Shown: positions 9,573-19,484, counted from the first letter of the stretch. The stretch: DNA of 64,000 nucleotides from Phormidesmis sp. (GCA_965248535.1 CBDFJR010000005.1:608001-672000); one strand, 5' to 3'. Notes: generated from the letters alone by a model not told the origin. A program made the numbers and translations.

Positions 9573-10751
9573 TCAAGTCTGATTGGGGGCAGAAAGTTGG
9601 ACGATCGCCCGTCCTAGCTGGTCATATTGATCCAACGTGTTGTAGATCTGGGCAGAAATGCGGACTAATCGAGCAGGGGCGGTTGGGTAAGGCACGATCG
9701 GGACTTCGATCCCAAACTTTTCGAGCAGCGCATCCTGTAATTCAACGTAGGAGCCATCTGATAGAGGCACGGTTGCCAAAGCGCCGATCATCTGGTCAGG
9801 ACTGGGAGGCACAACCTTCAGAATTTCGCAGAGAATTTTTCGGGCGGCGATCGCTTTGGTTCGGTTATTTTCCATCAACTCAGTCCAGCCTCCCGGCAAT
9901 AGTGATCCCATAAATCGGATGGCTTCGGGGACGCACAAATAAGCCGTAGGATCATCGGTTCCTGTCCAATCGAACTCTAGACGAAACCGAGAGCGATCGC
10001 GGCGCGGCGAGTTGGCTCCATGACTGATGGTTAACGGCCGAATCTGGGATTGTTTGTCGCGTCTCACATACAAAAAGGCGGCTCCTTTAGGTGCACACAG
10101 CCACTTGTGGCCGTTGCCCGTGTAATAAGTGGGAGCGATCGCCGTCAAATCGATCGCCACCATTCCCGGTGCGTGGGCACCATCGATCAAGGTCTCGACT
10201 CTTTGAGCGGTTAGCGCCTGAATGATTTCGGCGATCGGAAACACTAACCCTGTTTGACTCGTGACGTGATCGAGCAATGCCAGTCGAGTTCTAGGGGTGA
10301 CAGCGTTTAAAATTGGCTCGATCGCCTGCTGAGACGACTCGATCGGGTAGGGAATTTCTGCTACGACGAGGGTGGCACCCGATCGTTCTACTACATAATC
10401 CAGCGCATTTCGACAGGCATTATATTCCTGATTTGTCGTCAGCAGTTCGTCGCCTGGCTCAAACTTCAAAGACCGGAGAACCGTGTTGATGCCCGTCGTT
10501 GCATTGGGCACGAAGGCCAGATCATCCGCATCTGCTCCCACAAATGCCGCTAGGTCGATTCTGGCACGATCGAGCAACGTTTCTAAATCTCGCCCAAAAA
10601 ATTGCAGAGGTTGCCGCTCAATTCGCTGACGTAGCGCCTGCTGCAACTGCATCACAGGCAATGGGCACGCCCCAAACGAGCCATGATTGAGAAAAGCGAT
10701 CGTGGGATCAAGAGTCCAGTAATCAGCCCAAGTAGAAGAGGGATGGATCAT
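9573..10751 (-). CDS. Class V PLP-dependent aminotransferase/lyase (isopenicillin N epimerase/EgtE-like)
   Basis: FLNHGSFGACP, NATTG, LIDGAHAPG, GNGHKWLCAPKG (PLP lysine). Confidence 0.88.
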   Translation of the reverse strand: MIHPSSTWADYWTLDPTIAFLNHGSFGACPLPVMQLQQALRQRIERQPLQFFGRDLETLLDRARIDLAAFVGADADDLAFVPNATTGINTVLRSLKFEPGDELLTTNQEYNACRNALDYVVERSGATLVVAEIPYPIESSQQAIEPILNAVTPRTRLALLDHVTSQTGLVFPIAEIIQALTAQRVETLIDGAHAPGMVAIDLTAIAPTYYTGNGHKWLCAPKGAAFLYVRRDKQSQIRPLTISHGANSPRRDRSRFRLEFDWTGTDDPTAYLCVPEAIRFMGSLLPGGWTELMENNRTKAIAARKILCEILKVVPPSPDQMIGALATVPLSDGSYVELQDALLEKFGIEVPIVPYPTAPARLVRISAQIYNTLDQYDQLGRAIVQLSAPNQT

Positions 10752-10834
10752 GAGTTATGCCAAGGAGAATCGCAAACTTATCATTCGAGCAACTTTTGAT
10801 GAACAATAGAGATCAACGGAATTGAGGTCAAACG

Positions 10835-11239
10835 ATGGGACAGTGTGAACGGCTGGTGTTGATGGCAGAAGATGAGCTAACCCAATACAGCACTGATGCC
10901 CGCAAGATGGAAAAACTCAGACAGAAGATTGGGCTATCGGTCAACGCCAAAGAACAGCAGGCAGTCAAAGAAACGCTGTTGGCAGAGATGCCCACCGATC
11001 CGATCCGCAAACTGGTTGAGACCCAGCGCCAGACCGTAGCTCTGCCCTTTTGGGGAATCGCGGGTTTGGGACTGTTATTCGGCATCTCGTCCTTTCAACC
11101 TTTAGATTTTATCGCCACGATCGTCGGTGGCGCGATCGCGTTTAACATCCAAAAGTTGGGCTGGCAGCTTCAGGCAAAACGGCTGATCCTCCGCACCTTA
11201 GAAGACATCGAAGAACGGAGGAAAAATCCGACGGCCTAA
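10835..11239 (+). CDS. Conserved hypothetical membrane protein
   Basis: 134-aa ORF with two hydrophobic segments, divergent from the aminotransferase gene. Confidence 0.7.
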   Translation: MGQCERLVLMAEDELTQYSTDARKMEKLRQKIGLSVNAKEQQAVKETLLAEMPTDPIRKLVETQRQTVALPFWGIAGLGLLFGISSFQPLDFIATIVGGAIAFNIQKLGWQLQAKRLILRTLEDIEERRKNPTA

Positions 11240-11473
11240 GCAGATGATCCCTAGTGATATCTATGCCCGATCGGCAGCCGTTTGAATCTGATGATAATTA
11301 ATACATTGAGACATTCACTCTAACCAGTCTCTAGATAGAGACTATTTGTTGATCAGGGTTTTTGATTAGCAATCTACTAGGAGTGAACTTGCAATCAGAT
11401 TGAGTCCTCAATCTGGTGAAATAGAGTATACGGATACTTCTCTCCAGACAAGCTCATTCACTCTAGGTTGCCT

Positions 11474-12400
11474 ATGTCTATCGCTTCTACGGTTAAGGTC
11501 AAAGTCCCGGCGACGACTGCAAATATTGGGCCGGGGTTTGATTGCTTGGGGGCTGCTCTGACGCTCCATAACCAGTTTCGATTTTCGCGGTCTGATGGAG
11601 CCTCTTTGCAGATCACAGCCACGGGCGCTGAAGCCGATCGGGTGTCTACAGATGCCAGCAATCTCGTCTATCAATCGTTTATCAAGCTCTATCAGCACCT
11701 CGGCAAAACGCCTCCGTCGATACAGATTGAGATTGCGATGGAGGTGCCCCTAGCGCGAGGATTAGGAAGCTCGGCAACGGCGATCGTGGGCGGCTTAGTC
11801 GGTGCTAACACTCTAGCGGGATCGCCCCTCAGCCCAGAAGAAATCATGCAGTTAGCGATCGCCATCGAAGGACACCCGGATAACGTGGTTCCGGCGCTTA
11901 TGGGCGGCTGTCGGCTGGCTGCATCGGGCATCGATCGCGACTGGGAGATCTGTGATATTCCCTGGGATCAATCTATTGTCCCGATCGTGGCGATCCCCAA
12001 CTTTGAGCTTTCTACCGCAGAAGCCCGACGAGTGTTGCCCACCGAATACAGTCGGGCTGACTCAGTTTTTAATGCCGCTCACTTGGGACTGTTGCTGCGG
12101 GGCTTAGAGACCGGATGCGCCAACTGGCTCAAAGCTGCCCTACAAGATCGAATTCATCAACCCTATCGTCAGCCCTTGATTCACGGCTATGAAGCTGTCC
12201 GATCGGCGGCTCTAAGCGCAGGCGCACACGGAATGGTGATTAGCGGCGCAGGGCCGACTCTCTTAGCACTGGCAGGCCCAGCCACCGCAGCAGCCGTTAA
12301 ATCAGCTATGGGCCAGGCTTGGGCCGATCAGGGAGTCAATGGGCAAGTCGAATTGTTGAAGATCGATACCCAGGGCGCGATCGTAGACTCATCGCCTTGA
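11474..12400 (+). CDS. thrB: Homoserine kinase
   Basis: VPATTANIGPGFDCLG, PLARGLGSSA, EGHPDNV, ISGAGPT (GHMP kinase motifs). Confidence 0.95.
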   Translation: MSIASTVKVKVPATTANIGPGFDCLGAALTLHNQFRFSRSDGASLQITATGAEADRVSTDASNLVYQSFIKLYQHLGKTPPSIQIEIAMEVPLARGLGSSATAIVGGLVGANTLAGSPLSPEEIMQLAIAIEGHPDNVVPALMGGCRLAASGIDRDWEICDIPWDQSIVPIVAIPNFELSTAEARRVLPTEYSRADSVFNAAHLGLLLRGLETGCANWLKAALQDRIHQPYRQPLIHGYEAVRSAALSAGAHGMVISGAGPTLLALAGPATAAAVKSAMGQAWADQGVNGQVELLKIDTQGAIVDSSP

Positions 12401-12442
12401 CGATCGCGTTAGCCGCATTCTTGACAAAACCTGAATTCAGTA

Positions 12443-12892
12443 CTAAAGTACTAGAGGCAGTCTAGCTGACGTTCTCACCTGCTTACACAGACGCAACTCT
12501 GTCCCCTGACTGTTCCATTCCACTTCGTCAAACACCTGCCGAAGAATGTAAAGCCCACGTCCGCACTCACCCTGATCGCACGGGAGATGACATTCAACCA
12601 CAGGTTGATCTAGGTGAGGCGGCGCAAATCCAGACCCTTGATCGGTGATCACCCACCAATAATAATCAGAGGTCGTCGAGAAATGAACTAAAACTTTCTT
12701 GCGCGGGTCTAAGTTATTGCCGTGTTTGGCAGCATTAACGAGCGCTTCTTGCAAACCTAGTCTGACCTCAGCCTTCCAGTGGTTAGGAACTTTGGCTAAG
12801 AGCAAATCAAGGATCGGAATCAAATAGAGAGTGGATGCAAAGCTAACTGTGTTCCAGTTATGCCCGGTAGGACGAGGTGAAATAGCGATCAC
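12443..12892 (-). CDS. pmgA: PmgA-like anti-sigma/Ser kinase-type ATP-binding protein
   Basis: SFASTLYL.PILDLLL, LGLQEALVNAAKHGN, DQGSGF, ECGRGL (HATPase_c, RsbW-like). Confidence 0.82.
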   Translation of the reverse strand: MIAISPRPTGHNWNTVSFASTLYLIPILDLLLAKVPNHWKAEVRLGLQEALVNAAKHGNNLDPRKKVLVHFSTTSDYYWWVITDQGSGFAPPHLDQPVVECHLPCDQGECGRGLYILRQVFDEVEWNSQGTELRLCKQVRTSARLPLVL

Positions 12893-13227
12893 TCGGAAAA
12901 CCCCGTAGCTTTCAAGTGGATAAGCGTGCTCTTGGCAAGCAATGTGCTCTTAAAACCCATTGCTCTATCCGATTCAAGATTTGGCTATACGATAGTTTAA
13001 ACCTGAGATTTGCAGAATTAGCGCAAATCTCTTAAAGTCTCAGGGCGTGACAGAAACGCAGCCCATCTCAGCGAAGATCTGGCAGAAGGGTTTTCTCACA
13101 GCCCTTACTGAGTAGCTATTTATCTGTATCTACACTATACCAAAGTACGGATAGAAAAGCATCCCTTCTTCAGGGATCGCGCTGCTCTGTCTCCGTAAAT
13201 AACTCTAGAGTCTAAACCGATCTAGGC

Positions 13228-13923
13228 TTATTTACGGGGATAGATCACTTGCTCAAGGCGGCGGAAGTCTCTTTCTACTTCACCCCAAAGCGATCGATTG
13301 TGGGGATCAGTTCGCAGGGCTTTTTTGAGATAGAGCCGGGCTTTCTCAAACTGTTTTTCTTGAATCAGTTGCCGCCCCCAGCTTTGATAGATGATGGCTT
13401 GCCACTGCCGGATCTCGGAGTCAGCAGGAAGCCGTTGGGCTAATCCTTCGATTAAGGCGATCGCTCTAGGAAACCGTTTTTCTCTCAACAACTGCTGTAG
13501 CTGCTCATAGGCGGCTTGCTTAAACTGCTGCTCGACAAAGGAGAGGTTGGGATCAGAGTTAACAGGGCTTGATTTTTGCGGATCTTCTCGGCGCGTTACC
13601 GTCACCTTTGGCTTTGCCCCGCTGTTGGCATCTCCCGTCGCAGCAGGTTCTTTGCGCGTCACCGTAATTTTTGGTTTTACAGCTTCTGATGCAGGGGGCT
13701 GGCGGGTCACTTGCGGCCTATCTTGATCCTCTGGAGGTCTCACTACACCCAGCAAAAACCGATAAGCCTCGGTCACTTGAATAAATTTTTCGTTTGCTTG
13801 GCGATCGTTGGGGTTGACATCGGGGTGAAGCTGCCGCGCCAAACGACGATAGGAGGCCTTGACATCCTCATAGGATGCGCCTGCTCTTAATCCCAATAAT
13901 CGATAACAGTCTGCAATGTTCAT
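13228..13923 (-). CDS. DnaJ-domain protein with C-terminal TPR-like region
   Basis: N-terminal J domain with HPD motif (LARQLHPDVNP); TPR-like end (KARLYLKKALRTDPHN). Confidence 0.88.
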   Translation of the reverse strand: MNIADCYRLLGLRAGASYEDVKASYRRLARQLHPDVNPNDRQANEKFIQVTEAYRFLLGVVRPPEDQDRPQVTRQPPASEAVKPKITVTRKEPAATGDANSGAKPKVTVTRREDPQKSSPVNSDPNLSFVEQQFKQAAYEQLQQLLREKRFPRAIALIEGLAQRLPADSEIRQWQAIIYQSWGRQLIQEKQFEKARLYLKKALRTDPHNRSLWGEVERDFRRLEQVIYPRK

Positions 13924-13931
13924 TAATGATG

Positions 13932-13961
13932 AAAAAGGCAGAATTGCTTCAGCATTCTGCC
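13932..13961 (-). terminator. Putative intrinsic terminator after clpP
   Basis: Minus strand GGCAGAATGCT-GA-AGCAATTCTGCC followed by TTTTT. Confidence 0.55.
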
Positions 13962-14077
13962 ACTTAGAACAAGGAGTAACTCACTAAAGGTAGAAACACC
14001 GCCAGGGCACTGACCGCAGATTGCATCACTCTAACCTCTGGGGGTTGAGTCGTGGTAATCTGCCCTAAGTCTGCCCA

Positions 14078-14674
14078 CTAGTTGACCGATTCGATCACTT
14101 TGTCGATTAGACCATATTCTTTCGATTCTTGAGCCGACAGGAAGTAGTCACGATCGGTATCTTTCTCAATTTTGCTGAGGGGCTGTCCGCTGCGATCGGC
14201 CAAAATCCCATTGAGCTGACTGCGAATGCGGAGAATCTCTCTGGCTTCGATGGCAATGTCGCTGGCTTGGCTGCGTCCGGTGCCACCCAGAGGCTGGTGA
14301 ATCATGATCCGGGCGTGGGGTAGCGCAAATCGTTTGCCCTTGGTTCCGGCAGCTAAGAGAAATGCACCCATTGATGCTGCAAGACCCACACAGATCGTCA
14401 CCACGTCGGATTTGATGTGCTGCATCGTGTCATAGATCGCCATCCCTGCGGTGACAGAGCCACCCGGCGAATTGATGTAGAGCGAGATCGGTTTACCGGG
14501 GTCTTCAGAGTCGAGATAGAGCATGGAAGCGACGATCGCGTTGGCGATGTTATCGTCTACTTCTTGGCTCAAAAAGATAATCCGCTCCAAGCTAAGGCGT
14601 TGATAGATATCAATCCACTGCTCATAGGAGCTACCCGGCAGACGGTAAGGAACTTTAGGAGTACCGATTGGCAT
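14078..14674 (-). CDS. clpP: ATP-dependent Clp protease proteolytic subunit, ClpP3 type, intact triad
   Basis: MPIG N-terminus; [15 protein letters not shown] (Ser), MIHQP (His), DTDRD (Asp). Confidence 0.95.
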   Translation of the reverse strand: MPIGTPKVPYRLPGSSYEQWIDIYQRLSLERIIFLSQEVDDNIANAIVASMLYLDSEDPGKPISLYINSPGGSVTAGMAIYDTMQHIKSDVVTICVGLAASMGAFLLAAGTKGKRFALPHARIMIHQPLGGTGRSQASDIAIEAREILRIRSQLNGILADRSGQPLSKIEKDTDRDYFLSAQESKEYGLIDKVIESVN

Positions 14675-14700
14675 AGGACAAGTAAGGGGGGTAGAGGAGT

Positions 14701-15330
14701 TTAAGTCAAACGAGATTGGACGGGCGCAGGCAGTTGTGTGGGATCGAGCACCCGATCGATCAGGCCATATTCCTGCGCCGTAGTTGGGGTGAAATAAAGG
14801 CGACGATCGAGGTTTTTGAGAATTTTCTCAGGCGGTTGACCTGTGTTCTCTGCCAAAATTTCGACAAACATGGCGCGATCGGCGACGACTTTTCGAGCGT
14901 CAATCTCGATATCGGTCGCCTGTCCGCTCGTTCGGTTATATTGCGGAGCGAGGACAATCTCTGCGCTGGGCAAGCTTAAGCGAGACCCTTTTGCCCCCGA
15001 AGAAAGCAACATCGCGGCGGTGCCGCCTGCCTGCCCTAAACAGATCGTGTGGACGGGAGACTTGATGTATTGCATCGTGTCATAGATTGCCATGCTAGCA
15101 ACCATGCCTCCCGTTCGCCGTGCCGACTGCTCACCGGGAGAGTTGATGTATAGGAAGATCGGCTTGGTCGAGTCTTCAGAGTTGAGGGAGAGCAGCAGGG
15201 CGACGATGAAATTGGCGAAGTTGTCGTCGATTTCTTCATCTAAAAAGACAATCCGCTCAAAGCTCATGCGGGTGTAGAGATCGACCCACTGCACTTGTTG
15301 ACTGCCCGGAAGGCGATAGGGAACTTGCAT
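14701..15330 (-). CDS. Extra non-catalytic Clp subunit (ClpP3-like N-terminus, ClpR-like C-terminus)
   Basis: ClpP fold motifs, but all triad positions are replaced ([19 protein letters not shown]). Confidence 0.85.
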   Translation of the reverse strand: MQVPYRLPGSQQVQWVDLYTRMSFERIVFLDEEIDDNFANFIVALLLSLNSEDSTKPIFLYINSPGEQSARRTGGMVASMAIYDTMQYIKSPVHTICLGQAGGTAAMLLSSGAKGSRLSLPSAEIVLAPQYNRTSGQATDIEIDARKVVADRAMFVEILAENTGQPPEKILKNLDRRLYFTPTTAQEYGLIDRVLDPTQLPAPVQSRLT

Positions 15331-15368
15331 AAATCCTAGCTGAGAGACAGTGGGCTAACAACGCAACA

Positions 15369-16052
15369 TCAGGTCAGAGCCGGAACAGGGATGGGAAGTT
15401 GTTTGGTGCTTTCTAAAACGATGTCAATCAGCCCATATTCTTTGGCTTCTTGAGGGGTGAGATAGAAGGTGCGATCGGTATCTTTAACAATCTTCTCCGT
15501 CGTCTGCCCCGTGTTTTTTGACAGAATATCCAAAATTGCAGCGCGGTTTTCTAAGACTTCTTTGGCCCGAATTTGAATATCGGTTGCCTGACCGCGTGCG
15601 CCAGAACGCGGCTGATTGAGGACGATCGTGGCGTGAGGTAAGCTAGCCCTCGATCCTTTTGTGCCCGCCGAGAGAATCATAGCGGCAGCGCCAATTGCCT
15701 GACCGATGCAAATCGTATGGACGGGGGGCTTGATGTAGCTCAACGTGTCGCAAACCGCAAAGGCTTCGGTTTCAAACCCGATCGTTTCGCCATCCCAGGA
15801 GGTGCCTGTGGAGTTGATATAAAAGAAGATGGGTTTGTCGGGGTCGTCAAACTGGAGGTAGAGCAACTGAGCAATGATCAGCCGGGTCACGTCTTGACCG
15901 GGGTTGCGGCGATATTCATCGATCGAGTGGAGGGGCCCGCCCAAGTAAACAATGCGCTCTTTTAGCAGCAGTGAGGCTAAGTCAGGGGGTGGCGTGCGAT
16001 AGTAGGCATCGCCATAATTGGTAGACTGAACAGCTTTGATGGGTGATTCCAT
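15369..16052 (-). CDS. clpR: Non-catalytic Clp protease subunit ClpR
   Basis: YYRTPPPDLASLLLKERIVYLG, IIAQLLYLQFDD, FETEAFA, GQAIG (no catalytic Ser). Confidence 0.92.
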   Translation of the reverse strand: MESPIKAVQSTNYGDAYYRTPPPDLASLLLKERIVYLGGPLHSIDEYRRNPGQDVTRLIIAQLLYLQFDDPDKPIFFYINSTGTSWDGETIGFETEAFAVCDTLSYIKPPVHTICIGQAIGAAAMILSAGTKGSRASLPHATIVLNQPRSGARGQATDIQIRAKEVLENRAAILDILSKNTGQTTEKIVKDTDRTFYLTPQEAKEYGLIDIVLESTKQLPIPVPALT

Positions 16053-16278
16053 AGCGTAATGAAGCCTCAACGGTGGCGCTTCATCCATAGTAGCGCGGGA
16101 TTAGCCGCTCATGAAGGAGAAGAACGGCAGGGGATGGGCGGAAAACCGGGCTAAAAAGTTTTTTGATCAGGCTGCGGAAAATGCTGGCTCGAACTGTAGT
16201 TAACCGCCGAATGTCTAAAATCTATGGTTTGCTGTGGAGTGGTTTTGGTTCCCCTGCTTAATCTAGGAGCTTCCCGGT

Positions 16279-17529
16279 ATGCGAGTCGGCTTGGAGTGTG
16301 CGTTAAGTGATGCGGGTGTTGACGTGATGCAACTCAACAGTCAGCGTCAGGTTTCGATTGCGATCGCCGCGATCCCCGATGGCGTGGGACGGAGTGTGCC
16401 GCTAAATTTGTGTTTGATTTTGGATCAAAGTGGCTCAATGGAAGGTCGCGCCCTGAGCACCGTCAAACAGGCTGCCCAAGGGATTTTAGAGCGGCTGTCT
16501 CCGGGGGATCGCCTCTCGATCGTCACCTTTAACCACAAGGCTAAAGTCTTGGTGCCCAATCAAGTTATTGGCGATCTGAGCCAGATGAGAATTCCGCTGC
16601 ACCAGCTAGAAGCATCGGGCGGCACGTCAATTGATGAAGGCTTACGGGTGGGGATCGAAGAATTAGCCAAGGGCAAAAAGGATGCGGTGTCCCAAGTATT
16701 CTTATTAACCGACGGTGAAAATGAGCATGGGGATAACGATCGCTGCTTAAAATTGGCGCAGTTGGCAACGGGCTATAACTTGACGCTCAACACCTTTGGG
16801 TTTGGCGATGCCTGGAATCAAAATATTTTAGAAAAGCTTGCCGATGCCGGGGGCGGAACGCTGTCTTATATTGAGCAACCCGATCAAGCGACGAGTGAGT
16901 TTAGCCGTTTGTTCGATCGCATCCAGTCAGTCAGCTTGACGAATGCTCACCTGATTTTGTCTCTAACTCCGGGGGCCCGTCTCGCAGAATTGAAGCCGAT
17001 CGCCCAAGTTGCGCCCGACACGATCGAGCTTCCGATCGAGCAGGAGGGCGATCGGGTTACGGTGCGTTTAGGGGATTTGATGGTCGATTCTTCTCGTGTG
17101 GTGTTGGCAAATCTGTATGTCGGTCAACTGCCCGCAGGCAAGCAAACGATCGCGTCGGTGCAGGTTCGCTATGACGATCCGGCGTTGGGTCAAGAAGGAC
17201 TGCTGTCTGAGTCGTTTCCGATCGAGGTGTCTGCTCTTAGTGCGTTTCAGCCTGCGCCTAACCCCGATGTGCACAATCAAATTCTGACTCTGGCAAAGTA
17301 TCGACAGACCCAAATTGCTGAGATGAAATTGCAGCAGGGCGATCGCTCTGGGGCAGCAACGATGCTGCAAACGGCGGCAAAAACGGCCCTGCAAATGGGC
17401 GATCAGGGAGCCGCAACCGTGTTGCAAAATAGCGCAACGCAAATTCAGGCAGGGCAAGAATTATCGGAGAGCGATCGTAAGAGAACTCGCATCGTCTCTA
17501 AAACCACGCTGCAATCGAATCAGCCTTAG
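16279..17529 (+). CDS. von Willebrand factor A (VWA) domain protein
   Basis: MIDAS motif LILDQSGSM, GGT, LLTDGENEHG. Confidence 0.88.
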   Translation: MRVGLECALSDAGVDVMQLNSQRQVSIAIAAIPDGVGRSVPLNLCLILDQSGSMEGRALSTVKQAAQGILERLSPGDRLSIVTFNHKAKVLVPNQVIGDLSQMRIPLHQLEASGGTSIDEGLRVGIEELAKGKKDAVSQVFLLTDGENEHGDNDRCLKLAQLATGYNLTLNTFGFGDAWNQNILEKLADAGGGTLSYIEQPDQATSEFSRLFDRIQSVSLTNAHLILSLTPGARLAELKPIAQVAPDTIELPIEQEGDRVTVRLGDLMVDSSRVVLANLYVGQLPAGKQTIASVQVRYDDPALGQEGLLSESFPIEVSALSAFQPAPNPDVHNQILTLAKYRQTQIAEMKLQQGDRSGAATMLQTAAKTALQMGDQGAATVLQNSATQIQAGQELSESDRKRTRIVSKTTLQSNQP

Positions 17530-17645
17530 ATCTAGGTTTTTGTGAACTCAAATTTGAAATGAGCGATCGGGATCGATCAGATTTTGAAATGAGCGATATC
17601 CTGGTATGGATTATGAGCAGACGTGTAGAGTGAGGAGGCGGGGTC

Positions 17646-18374
17646 ATGAACAAGGTTTTTTGGGCAGCGAGTTTTGGGATCGCTGCGTTGGCTCTAACGA
17701 GTTGTGGAAGCAAGCAAGTCGCTAACAGCCCGTCTTCATCTACCGCATCTGTGGCTCAGGCTCCCGCGTCTCCTGCGTTTGAGAAGCCGACCATTCCAGC
17801 AGCCAATGCTTTTTTGCCGCCTGTTGCTGTTAAGGGAATGATTCAGACCACCAACTCAAAGGCTCGGCTGTCGCAAATTTCTACGATGGGTCGGCGCGAT
17901 CCGTTTTCGGCAATTTTGCCTACCTCGATTCAGCTTCCGCCTCAAAAGACGGCTCAGGCTGCTAACCCACCTCAAGCGTCTGCAAAGCAAGTAGTGAGTC
18001 AGCTTCCGTTGCGGGTGACTCCGCTAGCGCCGCCGCAAACGCCCAGCCTACCGCCGTTGAGTCCGATCATGGCGCTGCCGCCGTTGCCGATTAATCAGGC
18101 TCCGATCGTGCCTGTTTCCTCTACTAGTTTGGCCGATGCAGTGCAGATTACTGGGGTCGTGCAGATAGGTGGCAAAGCCGTTGCAATCATTCAATCGCCC
18201 CAAGAAGGCACGGCGCGCTATGTTCATGCTGGAGACTATGTATCCAACGGCAGCGTCTTGCTCAAGCAGATTATCATCAGCAAGAACGGCGAACCGACGA
18301 TCGTGCTTCAACAAAATGGTGTTGAAGTGATTAAATCGGTTGGCAGCACTGGGCCGATTGCGAGTGCTCGATAG
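17646..18374 (+). CDS. Pro-rich lipoprotein, PilP/GspC-like C-terminal domain
   Basis: Lipobox LTSC; RRDPF motif; C-terminal ITGVVQIGGKAVAII...YVHAGDYV. Confidence 0.6.
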   Translation: MNKVFWAASFGIAALALTSCGSKQVANSPSSSTASVAQAPASPAFEKPTIPAANAFLPPVAVKGMIQTTNSKARLSQISTMGRRDPFSAILPTSIQLPPQKTAQAANPPQASAKQVVSQLPLRVTPLAPPQTPSLPPLSPIMALPPLPINQAPIVPVSSTSLADAVQITGVVQIGGKAVAIIQSPQEGTARYVHAGDYVSNGSVLLKQIIISKNGEPTIVLQQNGVEVIKSVGSTGPIASAR

Positions 18375-18410
18375 TGGCTTTACCCTTCCTAAGTTTAGGA
18401 GTTGGTTGGC

Positions 18411-18936
18411 ATGACGGAACCTGCGGCGCATTTTAATGGGAAGTCATCGGATCGATCGGGGCTTGAACGACGATCGCTCAACTTTCACGAGACTTATATC
18501 TGTCCGGTGTGTCGGCATGGGCAGATTGCTGAGTTGACGCTGATGGATGCGTTTGCCTGCAACTTTTGTCGTCACATTTTTACGGCTAACCTGCGAGAGC
18601 AGTCGATTCATGTTGAAGATAGCTCTCAGCCGATGACGTGGCGCTGGAATGGGCGCAACTGGCAAGGCAGCAAATCAGCTAGATGTGGATCTGACCCTAG
18701 TGATTTGGATTGTGGGGGCGGTGCTGGTGGTGTTGCCGCCTGCGCTGATCTTTTTGTCGTCTCGACTGGTGCCGCCGCTAGAGGGCAGCACGTTAGATTG
18801 GTTGCCTAATGTGTGGGTGGGTCTGACGTTTTTAGCTCATTTTCTGTTTGTGGCGTGGCTGATGGTTGAGCATTATCAACTGCCGATTTATGTGTCGTCT
18901 AAGGTTCGCATTCGGCAGTGGTTAGAGCGTCGATGA
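18411..18936 (+). CDS. Conserved hypothetical Zn-ribbon membrane protein, +1 frameshift near 18665
   Basis: CPVC...CNFC motif followed by two TM helices once ORFs 18402..18809 and 18649..18936 are joined; AGGAG RBS; 526 bp = 525+1. Confidence 0.7.
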
Positions 18937-19484
18937 AAGAGCAGGATTCTAGTAACTTACCTAGTTTGCTGGATTATGAAAGAGCGGTAACCCTGAGGAC
19001 GGGTTAGCAACGGTCAGGGCCAAATTCTGATCTATTGAAACCGTCTAGAATCTTCCTCTGCCTTACGATCGCCGGAAAAGTTCTAAAACTCTTTTGCATA
19101 ACCACCAAGACGTTTTTCACTTTCAGATAACTCAACTATTGGCCCAAACGTAATAGTGAGAGGTAACTCTACCCAAGCGGTAATTACAATCCCACAAGTT
19201 AATGCGTCTAAATTTATTACCATAATAGTCTGGTAGTTGTAGCTTTGCTTTTAGATAGGTATGCAATTCTGTCTTTGTCTGCAAAACTCATGTCCATCCA
19301 ACGATTGCCATCAATAACACCTAGCTCAAGAGGAATAAATGTTCTGTATTGATTAGTCATCTTATTACAACAGTCCGTCATTTGAGTGAAACTCTGATTC
19401 TCAAGTTAGTATATGTTCTTCTGGTAAATTTGTAATTCTTTCAAGTCTTGCTTGTTCATTCATAGATCACCCATTTTTAATTAC

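Noticed and set aside
12893..13227. 6S RNA or other ncRNA upstream of pmgA
   Set aside because: Hairpins exist (GAGATTTGC/GCAAATCTC), but nothing resembles cyanobacterial 6S RNA as I recall it; a covariance-model search is needed
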